Source: Candidatus Woesearchaeota archaeon (GTDB lineage Archaea; Nanobdellota; Nanobdellia; Pacearchaeales; GW2011-AR1). Taken from it: DNA of 32,253 nucleotides. The stretch's first letter is position 1; each line of letters begins with the position of its first letter. Positions 8,854 through 17,290 of the stretch are shown in pieces. Location: positions 1-32,253 of the forward strand of contig CAYZEG010000001.1 of the NCBI GenBank assembly GCA_964477635.1. Direction: 5' to 3'. The notes under the pieces were generated by a model. The model had not been told where the DNA came from. It searched no databases and was given only the letters and a program-made list of their open reading frames with translations. A program made the position numbers and the translations under genes.

Positions 8854-10770
8854 ATGTGCGGTATATGCGGTTTCAATTGGGATGATAAAAATTTGATTAA
8901 AGACATGGCATATTCTATAAGAAGTAGGGGTCCAGATCAAGAAGGTTATTTTACGGATAAAGACGTTTCAATAGGTCATAAGAGATTAAGTATAATTGAC
9001 TTAAGTGAAAAGGGAAGACAACCTATGTTTAATGAGGATGGCACGATATGTATAACTTTTAGCGGAGAGATATATAATTTTAGGGAGCTTAGACCTGATT
9101 TAGAGGGGAAAGGCCACAAATTTAATTCAAACACCGACACGGAGGTGATAATTCACGCGTATGAAGAATACGGCGAAGATTGCTTGAAATTATTTAATGG
9201 CATGTTTGCATTTGCAATATGGGATTCTAATAAAAAGAAATTGTTCATAGCGAGAGACAGATTTGGGCAAAGATCAGTTTATTATTACTTTAAAGATGGC
9301 CAATTTTTATTTGCCTCAGAAATTAAAGCACTCTTGCAATATGATGGAATAAAAAGGGAGTTTGATAATTCAACTCTAAATAAATTCATTACCTGGGGCT
9401 ATGCCATAGATGGCAGTACATTTTTTAAAAACATTTATGAGCTTCAACCCGGACATTGCATGACATATGATAAAAATTCATCCTCTTTGCAAGTAAAAAA
9501 ATATTGGGATTTGCAGGACAAATTAAAGACAAATGAAATAAGGGACGAATCATATTATATTGCAAGATTAAGAAATTTATTGATTAAATCTGTCAATGAA
9601 ATTCTCGTCTCTGATGTTCCAATAGGAGCTTCACTCTCAGGGGGCTTGGACTCAAGTCTTATTGTTGGAATTATGAACCATCTAAAAAAAGAAAGTATAA
9701 GGACATACACTATCGGATTTGAAAACAATTATAATGAATTTCCCTATGCAAAGAAAGTTGCGGAACATTGTAACACCGACCATCATGAAATATTATTATC
9801 ATATGATAAAATGACAAAAAGTATGCCCGCTATTTTATGGAGCTTGGAAATTCCATGGGCAAGACCTGCGCAATCTGCAATATATCATCTTCTAAAGGAG
9901 ATAAAAAAACAAGTTACGGTTAACATTGTCGGGGAAGGATCTGATGAATTATTTGCAGGCTACAACAGATATCAGGTTTATGCGCCAGTACCAGATTATT
10001 CTTCTTTTAATATTAATGACGAATCTAATAATAAGATGTTGTCTGATTTCAAAAAATATGAAAAAATGGATTTGAAAGAGAAAATATCCCTAATTTCTTC
10101 CGGTTATTTTAATGATAGGGAAGAACGTGAAGCAATTTTTACGAGCGAAGCTTTAAAAGAGAATCCTGAAGAAATAATGGATAATAGTTTTGGAAAAATT
10201 TTAAGACAAGCAGATAAATCTAATCATCTTAACGCTGCTTTATGTTTTGAAGGTAAGACTTCTTTGCCTGGTGTGCAATTAATAAAGCTGGACAAATTAT
10301 CCATGGCATCTTCTCTGGAGGTGAGAGCCCCATTTTTAGATCATCGCGTTGGAGAATTTAGTATAGAAATTCCTCCGATTTTAAAATGGAACGGTTTAAA
10401 TAAAAAATTTATTCTGCAAAAGATTGCAACGGAATTTATTCCGAAGGAAATTGCTCTAAGAAAAAAACTTCCATTGCAAGTGCCATTGGTAGATTACTAT
10501 CGTAACGATTTCATGGATGTCATAAGAAATTTACTGGATGAGAAAACTTTGGCTAAAAGGGATTATTTAAAAAAAGAGCATATTGCAAAATTATTGGCAA
10601 ATTTCAAAGAAAGTAATGGGATCATATCTGCTAAAACTAATTCGCCAACCGAAGACAATTCTCTAAGGCAATTATTATTCCTGACAAATTTAGAATTAAT
10701 GCAGAGAATGTTTTTTGAGAATGATAACCTAAGAAATCCAAGCATGGATATGAATAACTATTTGTCCTAA
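8854..10770 (+). CDS. Asparagine synthase (glutamine-hydrolysing) family amidotransferase, AsnB/WbpS-like
   Basis: N-terminal nucleophile MCGICGF (Cys2). PP-loop SLSGGLDSS. Length is 638 aa. Confidence 0.9.
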   Translation: MCGICGFNWDDKNLIKDMAYSIRSRGPDQEGYFTDKDVSIGHKRLSIIDLSEKGRQPMFNEDGTICITFSGEIYNFRELRPDLEGKGHKFNSNTDTEVIIHAYEEYGEDCLKLFNGMFAFAIWDSNKKKLFIARDRFGQRSVYYYFKDGQFLFASEIKALLQYDGIKREFDNSTLNKFITWGYAIDGSTFFKNIYELQPGHCMTYDKNSSSLQVKKYWDLQDKLKTNEIRDESYYIARLRNLLIKSVNEILVSDVPIGASLSGGLDSSLIVGIMNHLKKESIRTYTIGFENNYNEFPYAKKVAEHCNTDHHEILLSYDKMTKSMPAILWSLEIPWARPAQSAIYHLLKEIKKQVTVNIVGEGSDELFAGYNRYQVYAPVPDYSSFNINDESNNKMLSDFKKYEKMDLKEKISLISSGYFNDREEREAIFTSEALKENPEEIMDNSFGKILRQADKSNHLNAALCFEGKTSLPGVQLIKLDKLSMASSLEVRAPFLDHRVGEFSIEIPPILKWNGLNKKFILQKIATEFIPKEIALRKKLPLQVPLVDYYRNDFMDVIRNLLDEKTLAKRDYLKKEHIAKLLANFKESNGIISAKTNSPTEDNSLRQLLFLTNLELMQRMFFENDNLRNPSMDMNNYLS

Positions 10771-11783
10771 AAAAACAATTTATCGAGTGAGATTGTCGTT
10801 TTTTTCGCGGCAGATTTATAAAAACCAAAAATGATTTGCATGGCTGGAATCGAATCTGCACCTGAAACTACAGGCGTCTTCTTTTCTCTGATGGAATCCA
10901 CAAAATCATTGATTACAATTTCATGGGCGGGTCCGTAATATTCTGGACGATATTCTTTTGGTATTGTGTTTATGTCAATTTCTTTCGGTTTTGGCTGATT
11001 CTGGACATCCCATATAATTGTTTTATCATCGGATAAAACTATATTTCCCATGTCACCTGCAATCTTTATTATTGAAATTGTATCGGGATTGCCGCTGGAA
11101 TTGTTGGATTCAATGTCCGCGACTATATTATTTTCAAAAAAAATTTTTCCCTTTGCGTAATCTTCAACTTCTATATCTGACCTTGTCATTTTCATTGTTC
11201 CTTTAACATATTTTGCCGGACCAAAAAAATAAACCAATTGGTCTATCCTGTGAAGCGCTTGACTCAACAAGGTGCCGCCGCCGCTTATTCTCTGTCCTCT
11301 CCATGTGTTATAAAATTCCTGGCTTTTATGGCAACTGAACTTCAGGGAAACTTCATTTATTTTTCCCAATAATCCCTTGTTAACCACCTCTCTCGTGCGA
11401 ATAGAATTCGGATAAAGTCTTCTTTGAAGCATTACACCAAACTTTACTCGCTTCCCTTTTTCTACCATCTCAAAAACATCTTCCATGTTTGTGGCTAAAG
11501 GTTTTTCGCATAGTACATCAAGTTTTTTGCTGAAACAATCTAGAGCCTGTTCATGGTGGAGATAATGGGGTGTACAGATGATTGTTGCATCCAGATTTTC
11601 ATTAGACAGCATTCCTCTATAATCTTCGTACGTTTTTCCTATTCCAAACAAGTTCGCACTTTTTTTGGCTTTTCCTGTATCGCTGTCTGCAATGGCAACT
11701 ACTTCTGCATTTTTGTTTTTACTTAACGTATATAGATATGTGCCGGAAACATTTCCACATCCTATAACTCCAAATCTGACCAT
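10767..11783 (-). CDS. Gfo/Idh/MocA-family NAD(P)-dependent oxidoreductase
   Basis: N-terminal Rossmann motif RFGVIGCGNVSG and the conserved CEKPLA block. It starts 1 nt after the stop of the upstream HAD-cytidylyltransferase gene. Confidence 0.85.
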   Translation of the reverse strand: MVRFGVIGCGNVSGTYLYTLSKNKNAEVVAIADSDTGKAKKSANLFGIGKTYEDYRGMLSNENLDATIICTPHYLHHEQALDCFSKKLDVLCEKPLATNMEDVFEMVEKGKRVKFGVMLQRRLYPNSIRTREVVNKGLLGKINEVSLKFSCHKSQEFYNTWRGQRISGGGTLLSQALHRIDQLVYFFGPAKYVKGTMKMTRSDIEVEDYAKGKIFFENNIVADIESNNSSGNPDTISIIKIAGDMGNIVLSDDKTIIWDVQNQPKPKEIDINTIPKEYRPEYYGPAHEIVINDFVDSIREKKTPVVSGADSIPAMQIIFGFYKSAAKKTTISLDKLFF

Positions 11784-11784
11784 T

Positions 11785-12840
11785 TTATCTTCCTTTAAGG
11801 ACTTCTTTTCTTAGCGTGGTGGAGATGCCTGGAGTGTAGGGCAATCTGATTATTTTTGGAGGATTCAAATTCGCAATTTGAAATTTATTTAAAAACTCTG
11901 CTTCAACATGAGGCCACTTTTCTGTTGGTGTGTCGCTGGCGAACATTACATCAAAGTTATATTTCTTCCAAGCTTCAAATTTGTCGACATTCTCTTGAGG
12001 AACCACCTCATCAACATATTTTATTGCCCTTAAAATTTCTACCCTTTCGCTGAATGGCACAATTGGTTTTTTACCCTTAAAAATCAAGGATAATTCATCA
12101 GTTGTTACTCCCACGACTAATTTATCGCAATATTTTTTTGCATTTCTTAATAAATTCAAATGGCCTTGATGGAATAAATCAAAAACCCCCGTGGTATAAC
12201 CTATTTTTATCTTATCACTTTTATCTATTTTTTGGAGCAATGCAAATAAATCCCGTTTTAATAGATCTGGACTTGAGATTAAAATGGCATTCATCCCTAT
12301 GGATTTTGCTCCCAATATATTTTTAGCATCATTATCTATAAAGATGCATTCTTCTGGTTTGATCAAATTTTCTGCCGTAATCTGGAGATATGCCTCTTGA
12401 TCGGGTTTCCTCTTTCCAGTAATGTGCGAAAAATACATTTTATCAAAAAGATGTGGATATATATTATCTTTGATTATTTTTCTTTCTATCTCCGGACATG
12501 AATTTGAAAGGGTGAATAGTTTGTAATTATATTTAAGTGCCTTTATTAAATCAATTATATCATTGTTTACAAACGAATATAAAAGTTCAAATTTCTCACT
12601 TAGCTTGTCAATATTTTTCTTATCAATATTTAATCTAGAAGCAACCATGCCCCAAAAATCTTCCTTGCTAATCTTAGATAACGCATACAAATCAAAAAAA
12701 TTTTTTTTATCGTGATAGAATGCAGATCTAAATGTGTTTATCTCCAGATCCCCCTTTAAATCAAGTAATGAATTGACAATAAAACTCCAATCAAGTCCCT
12801 GAATGACTCCCCCTATGTCAAAGATAATTGCTTTTATCAT
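11785..12840 (-). CDS. HAD-family phosphatase fused to a TagD-like cytidylyltransferase
   Basis: N-terminal half: AIIFDIGGV (HAD motif I variant) and FIDND (motif IV). C-terminal half: GYTTGVFDLFHQGHLNLL (HxGH), YVDEVVPQ and LPYTPGISTT, which is very close to glycerol-3-phosphate cytidylyltransferase TagD. ATG 12840 (MIKAIIFD) is preferred over the track start 12855, because the TATA motif ends only 9 nt from 12855. Confidence 0.8.
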   Translation of the reverse strand: MIKAIIFDIGGVIQGLDWSFIVNSLLDLKGDLEINTFRSAFYHDKKNFFDLYALSKISKEDFWGMVASRLNIDKKNIDKLSEKFELLYSFVNNDIIDLIKALKYNYKLFTLSNSCPEIERKIIKDNIYPHLFDKMYFSHITGKRKPDQEAYLQITAENLIKPEECIFIDNDAKNILGAKSIGMNAILISSPDLLKRDLFALLQKIDKSDKIKIGYTTGVFDLFHQGHLNLLRNAKKYCDKLVVGVTTDELSLIFKGKKPIVPFSERVEILRAIKYVDEVVPQENVDKFEAWKKYNFDVMFASDTPTEKWPHVEAEFLNKFQIANLNPPKIIRLPYTPGISTTLRKEVLKGR

Positions 12841-12863
12841 ACTAATTTGTAACATCCAATCAC

Positions 12864-12881
12864 GTTTAAAAATTTTTAGAT
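12864..12881 (-). promoter_or_regulatory. BRE/TATA-like promoter motif for the HAD-cytidylyltransferase/oxidoreductase operon
   Basis: The minus strand reads ATCTAAAAATTTTTAAAC and ends 24 nt before ATG 12840. Confidence 0.5.
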
Positions 12882-12892
12882 ACTGTCATTCA

Positions 12893-12910
12893 TTCACAAC
12901 ATATTTAAAA
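12893..12910 (+). promoter_or_regulatory. BRE/TATA-like promoter motif for the P-loop kinase (leadered transcript)
   Basis: TTCACAACATATTTAAAA ends 42 nt before ATG 12952. The predicted ~20-nt leader carries GGAG at 12940-12943. Confidence 0.45.
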
Positions 12911-12951
12911 TAAAAAACTAACAAAATTAGTTAAAATATGGAGATATAAAA

Positions 12952-13542
12952 ATGAATGTTATAATGATGCATGGTTATCCTGCTACGGGAAAAACTTTTC
13001 TTTCAAAGAAGCTAGAAAACAATCTTAAGGAAAAATACAGCGTTATAACAGTTTCTACACTAGAATTCAGAAAGGAATTAAACTTGTTTGATTTTAATTC
13101 TGATGCACAAAGGAATTTGGTTTATGACCTTCTTTCAAAAAAAGTGGAAGAAGTGATAAATAAAAAAAGCCACGAAATAATAATAGTGGACGGAAATTTT
13201 AATAATAGAAAAAGAAGAGAAAGATTGTATTCCGTTCTAAAAGACGCCAAGTTTTACATCATTAATTGTTCTGTTTCAAACGAAGAAACAATTAGGAGGA
13301 GGATGAATGAAAGACAAAAAGAAATGCACATAATGGAGAATAAAGCTGCAACAATGGACCTTTATTATCTGATAAAAAACTCCGGCGATGATTTCATGGA
13401 GGATGAGATTGTAAAAAAAGGAAGAGTAAATATCATTAAATTCAATTCAGAAAAAAATTCTATTGAAAAAGCAACAATAACAAAAGAAAGTGCAATTCAA
13501 GACATCAACAATAAAATTATGTCCATAATTGAGAAGAAATAA
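12952..13542 (+). CDS. P-loop kinase (AAA_33/zeta-like NTP-binding protein)
   Basis: Walker A HGYPATGKT at the N-terminus. Walker B-like IIIVDGNF. A GGAG lies 8 nt upstream of the ATG. Confidence 0.6.
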   Translation: MNVIMMHGYPATGKTFLSKKLENNLKEKYSVITVSTLEFRKELNLFDFNSDAQRNLVYDLLSKKVEEVINKKSHEIIIVDGNFNNRKRRERLYSVLKDAKFYIINCSVSNEETIRRRMNERQKEMHIMENKAATMDLYYLIKNSGDDFMEDEIVKKGRVNIIKFNSEKNSIEKATITKESAIQDINNKIMSIIEKK

Positions 13543-13584
13543 AATTAAGATTATGTAGACATTCTTAATCATGATAACATTATC

Positions 13585-13602
13585 ACCACATATTTTATAA
13601 AT
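13585..13602 (+). promoter_or_regulatory. BRE/TATA-like promoter motif
   Basis: ACCACATATTTTATAAAT ends 21 nt before GTG 13623 and only 3 nt before the track start 13605. Confidence 0.45.
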
Positions 13603-13622
13603 TTGTGATTAAAATAAATAAA

Positions 13623-14474
13623 GTGCCGGATAAAAAACCTAAAGTCAGCGTTGTTATTCCAGTTTACAAACCAGAGGAGGAAGTCTTTGAAAAATTGCGT
13701 GGGATGTTAAAAAAACAAACCATTTCAGTAGAGATAATTGAGAAATGGAATAATCCCGAGGCAGTTTCTATAAATTTAGGGATTAAAGAAGCAAATGGGG
13801 AATTTATTGTTATTTTAGCGCAAGATTGTGTGCCGGAAAATGAAAGGTTCATAGAAAATATAATAAAACCCCTTGAAAATAAAGAAGTAGTGATGGTTCT
13901 CTCAGATTTGCTTCTTCCAGAATATCAATGGAAAAAACGCCCTTTTTTTGCAAGAATGTTTACTATTGGAGATTTAAAAGTTAGAAAACCTGAAGGAAAT
14001 CTTACAACTTGCGCCTACAGAAAAAAAGACTTAGAAAAGATTGGTTATGTCAATGAAAATGTTTCAGCCATTGATGTTGATTTTAGTGCGAAAATAAGAA
14101 AGCTTGGCAAAATAGTGCGGGGAAACGTTGTTGTTTACCATATGCATCCCCATTATAATTATAAAAAAATGCTGAAAACATTTTATTCTTATTCTAGATT
14201 TAATGGCATAACTGCCAGAACTTATGGTATTTATCTCCATCCAATTGGTTTTTTTAAGAGAATAATAAGAGCAACACCTGTTTTGGGATTAGGTTCAATT
14301 TATTTTCGTTACCCTTGGAAAAAATTTTATCTTATTCCAGTTCATTTTTTCATGGCGGGAATTATTGAACATGGAGTAAATATTATTGGTTTTTGGCACG
14401 GATTTTTTTTAGGTGATGAAAAAGGCGGTTCAAGGAATAAGGAAGCTCTTAATTTGACAAAGAAAGAAAGTTAG
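13623..14474 (+). CDS. Glycosyltransferase family 2
   Basis: KVSVVIPVYKPEE start block, AQDCVP (DxD-position) and C-terminal hydrophobic segments. The track start is GTG 13605. GTG 13623 is favoured because motif 13585-13602 ends 21 nt before it. The exact start remains uncertain. Confidence 0.75.
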   Translation: MPDKKPKVSVVIPVYKPEEEVFEKLRGMLKKQTISVEIIEKWNNPEAVSINLGIKEANGEFIVILAQDCVPENERFIENIIKPLENKEVVMVLSDLLLPEYQWKKRPFFARMFTIGDLKVRKPEGNLTTCAYRKKDLEKIGYVNENVSAIDVDFSAKIRKLGKIVRGNVVVYHMHPHYNYKKMLKTFYSYSRFNGITARTYGIYLHPIGFFKRIIRATPVLGLGSIYFRYPWKKFYLIPVHFFMAGIIEHGVNIIGFWHGFFLGDEKGGSRNKEALNLTKKES

Positions 14475-16204
14475 CCGTCCTTTACAGTCCAAAAATCCCC
14501 AAATTCATAAGGATCTTTTCTCATTGTATCATCATCTTTTATGTCAAAAGGTGTGTCCATTAAATGCAAAACGGTTGCTTCCTTGTTTGCCAAAGGCATG
14601 TATCCGTGCCAAACCCCTGTTGGAACTTTTATGGCAATTGGATTTTTCTCTCCCATCATAACAATTTGAACTGATTTTGTTCCGTCGGAGTTTTCCTTTA
14701 AGGCGACATATTTTATATTCCCATTGGTGCAAGTTGTGTATTCTGTTTGTTTATTATGAAGATGCCATCCTTTTACAACTCCAGGATATAAAACCGAGAC
14801 AAGAACCTGCCCGAATTTTCCCCCATAAATTTTATCATCTGCTCTTATTGTCTCAAACAAATAACCTTGATCGTTGGCAAAGATGTTTAATTTTTTTATC
14901 TCAATCAAACCATTTACAAATTTTATTTTTTCTTGAGATTCTTTTTCTGCTTCAGTTTCTAAAATTCTTGCTTTTGGATAATGCACGATAAATTTTCCAC
15001 CCCTATTCAAAAATTCTTGCTCCTTTCCAATTATTTCCTTTGCATGATTCCAAGCGCCCAGCAAGACATATCCTGCGTTTTTGTCATTATGAAAATATTC
15101 TGGCGAGACAATTGGGATATGTTTGCCCGGACTAAATAATCCCTGCTTGTATGGCGTTGAATCTGAAATATAATCCAGAAATTCTTTTCCTATGTTGCAG
15201 TAATTCAGGACAATTGTTCCTTTCGAAGCCGCCGCATAGCCGACTATCTTTTTGCCTTTTGTTTTTAGATCTGTCAATAGTTTCACAAGTTCGGTTCTTG
15301 ATTCTTCAACCCGTTTTGTAAATTCCATATAAGGCTGGAGCTTGTTAATCCCCTTTCTCTTTTCTTCTTCCAGATAATTGAAAAATCTCTCACTCTTTCC
15401 CCTCTTTCCTCTTTTGCAGGCATATACTTTCATTGAACCGCCATGAACTTCTTGCCTTTCCGCGTCAAAAATTTCCAAACCGTGCATCTCAAGAAGATTT
15501 TTCAAAGATGACAGAGAAAAATACCAAACATGCTCGTCATAAATTTGGTCATAAGAAGTCTTTTCCAGTATGTCTACAATATATGGATCTTCAAAAACAA
15601 AAACCCCGTCATCTTCAAGAAGGCGATTTACTCCGTTAAGCAAGTCGTGCAAATCTATTATGTTAAGTATCACATTTGCTGAAAATATTGCCCCAAATCT
15701 TCCCCGCGCGGCAATAATTCTTTCGGCAAGTTTTTCCGAGAAAAATTCTGTTATTGTTTCAATTCCTTGTTTCTGCGCAATTTCTGCAACATTTTGTGAG
15801 GGTTCTATTCCTAAAACTTTTCTGTTTTTGAATGCCTTGAGAAAAATTCCGTCATTGCTTCCTATCTCAAGGACTTGCGAATTTGGATTTAGGAATCTTT
15901 CTTCCATCTCTTTTGCGATTCCTGCAAAATGCTGTTCCTGCGCTTTTGATGTAGATGAGAAAAAAGCGTAATTTGTTTTTCCCTTTTCATCGGGAACGAT
16001 GTATTTTTCGTAAGGAACAATGTTTATCAGCTGAACCATCTTGCAATTGTCACAAAAGCCGACGGCCATCTCGTATTTGAATTCCGGCTTTTCCAATTCT
16101 CCCATCTTAAGAAAAGCGTTTGCAACGGGCATCTCGCCGAAAGAAACAAATTCAATAAGGCTTGGGGCATGACAAATCTTGCAGACGCCAGTTTTATGTT
16201 CCAT
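14471..16204 (-). CDS. NDP-hexose C-methyltransferase fused to a C-terminal RmlC-like (dTDP-4-dehydrorhamnose 3,5-epimerase family) cupin
   Basis: Zinc ribbon CKIC...CDNC. SAM fold VLEIGSNDG. C-terminal methyltransferase domain IVGYAAASKGTIVLNY. The cupin part reads DQGYLFETIR...VVKGWHLHNKQTEY...VWHGY. ATG 16204 (MEHKTGVCKIC) lies 21 nt from motif 16225-16242, and the track start 16291 would swallow that promoter. Confidence 0.8.
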   Translation of the reverse strand: MEHKTGVCKICHAPSLIEFVSFGEMPVANAFLKMGELEKPEFKYEMAVGFCDNCKMVQLINIVPYEKYIVPDEKGKTNYAFFSSTSKAQEQHFAGIAKEMEERFLNPNSQVLEIGSNDGIFLKAFKNRKVLGIEPSQNVAEIAQKQGIETITEFFSEKLAERIIAARGRFGAIFSANVILNIIDLHDLLNGVNRLLEDDGVFVFEDPYIVDILEKTSYDQIYDEHVWYFSLSSLKNLLEMHGLEIFDAERQEVHGGSMKVYACKRGKRGKSERFFNYLEEEKRKGINKLQPYMEFTKRVEESRTELVKLLTDLKTKGKKIVGYAAASKGTIVLNYCNIGKEFLDYISDSTPYKQGLFSPGKHIPIVSPEYFHNDKNAGYVLLGAWNHAKEIIGKEQEFLNRGGKFIVHYPKARILETEAEKESQEKIKFVNGLIEIKKLNIFANDQGYLFETIRADDKIYGGKFGQVLVSVLYPGVVKGWHLHNKQTEYTTCTNGNIKYVALKENSDGTKSVQIVMMGEKNPIAIKVPTGVWHGYMPLANKEATVLHLMDTPFDIKDDDTMRKDPYEFGDFWTVKDG

Positions 16205-16224
16205 TCCTAAAAGCTGGGATTTTC

Positions 16225-16242
16225 GTTTAAATAGATTATGAA
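16225..16242 (-). promoter_or_regulatory. BRE/TATA-like promoter motif upstream of C-methyltransferase-cupin #2
   Basis: The minus strand reads TTCATAATCTATTTAAAC and ends 21 nt before ATG 16204. Confidence 0.65.
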
Positions 16243-16271
16243 GATTTGTTGCATATCTTATGTGATTTGAT

Positions 16272-16289
16272 TCTATAAACTTTATAAAC
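16272..16289 (+). promoter_or_regulatory. BRE/TATA-like promoter motif
   Basis: TCTATAAACTTTATAAAC ends 21 nt before ATG 16310. Confidence 0.6.
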
Positions 16290-16309
16290 AATTTTTATCT
16301 TTGAAAAAT

Positions 16310-17290
16310 ATGGATTTTGATTTTTCTGGAATGGCTGGAAAAAACGCGCTTATAACTGGCGGCGCCGGTTTTCTTGGAAGCAATCTTGCAAAAAAACTTG
16401 TAGAATTAAATGCAAATGTTACACTTTTCCTTTCTACGGGAAAAGATAAAAAAAATGTTGCCGACATTGAAAACAAAATAAAAATCATCGAGGGAAATTT
16501 GACAAACGATGCCGATGTTTCGGATGCTGTAAAAAACAAAGATTATATTTTCCATTTTGCGTGGCAAACAGACTTGAAAAAATCAATGCAGAATCCAAAG
16601 GGAGATTTAATGGCGGATGTTCTTGGAACCATAAGCTTGCTTGAAATTTGCAAGAAAGAAAATCCAAGAGTAAAAATTATCTTTGCCAGCACAACAACCG
16701 TTGCGGGACTGCCGCTAAAAATTCCAACAAATGAAAATCATCCTGAAAATCCATTATCTATTTACGATGCAAATAAACTGCTGGCGGAAAAATACCTTCA
16801 AATATATTTTAAGAATGGTTTAAAGTTTTGCATTTTGCGGCTTTCAAATGTTTTCGGCGAGGGACAAAGGATAGACACTCCTAATAGGGGCGTTTTGAAT
16901 TTCATGATTGGCAGGGCCTTAAGGGGGGAAAAACTGACTGTTCATGGGAAAGGCGATTTTATCCGCGATTATTGCTATGTTCAAAATTATATCGACGCAT
17001 TTATTTTAGCGGCTTTGTCTGAAAAAACAAACGGGGAAATTTATGTTTTAGGTTCAGGCGAAGGGAGAACAATGAATGAGGTTGTTGAAAAAATAAAAAA
17101 AATCACCGAGGATTTGACCGGAAAAGGCGTTGTTATAGAACATATTTCCTTCCCCGAGGGCGAAAATGAAATTAATAAAAGAAATTTTGTTGCAGATTTT
17201 TCAAAATTCAAAAACGATGCTGGATGGTTTCCAAGAATTTCTTTTGATGAAGGATTAAATAGAACGATTGAATTTTACCTGAACAAATGA
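16310..17290 (+). CDS. NAD-dependent epimerase/dehydratase (extended SDR)
   Basis: ITGGAGFLGSNL and YDANK (YxxxK). The track start at 16301 is a TTG. ATG 16310 is 21 nt after motif 16272-16289. Confidence 0.85.
   Translation: MDFDFSGMAGKNALITGGAGFLGSNLAKKLVELNANVTLFLSTGKDKKNVADIENKIKIIEGNLTNDADVSDAVKNKDYIFHFAWQTDLKKSMQNPKGDLMADVLGTISLLEICKKENPRVKIIFASTTTVAGLPLKIPTNENHPENPLSIYDANKLLAEKYLQIYFKNGLKFCILRLSNVFGEGQRIDTPNRGVLNFMIGRALRGEKLTVHGKGDFIRDYCYVQNYIDAFILAALSEKTNGEIYVLGSGEGRTMNEVVEKIKKITEDLTGKGVVIEHISFPEGENEINKRNFVADFSKFKNDAGWFPRISFDEGLNRTIEFYLNK

Noticed and set aside
11785-13542. Possible ADP-heptose pathway: HAD as GmhB, cytidylyltransferase as HldE domain II, a kinase, SDR as HldD and GT9.
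   Set aside because: The HAD motif I is the FDIGGV type rather than the GmhB DRDGT type. The transferase half is closest to TagD (YVDEVVPQ, LPYTPGISTT). The kinase is P-loop rather than ribokinase-like. No GmhA isomerase is visible.
13544-13569. AT-rich hairpin ATTAAGA-(12 nt)-TCTTAAT just after the kinase stop, considered as a possible terminator.
   Set aside because: The 7-bp stem is almost all A/T and there is no following T-run. Archaeal termination does not require hairpins, so the evidence is too weak.
15570-15971. Antisense or shadow ORFs inside large genes (for example 15570-15971, 25531-25896, 22915-23241, 29220-29513, 16282-16539).
   Set aside because: They lie opposite well-supported conserved genes, have no recognisable motifs and show biased composition. 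They are most likely frame shadows.
16205-16291. Upstream-extended starts in the ORF track (16291, 18546, 27690, 12855, 21835, 560, and the TTG/GTG starts at 532, 4003, 7004, 16301, 25375, 27883).
   Set aside because: The extensions would run through or start within the promoter 18-mers, leave divergent genes with under 10 nt of intergenic DNA, and add atypical N-termini. Internal ATGs at the 21-24 nt spacing were preferred.
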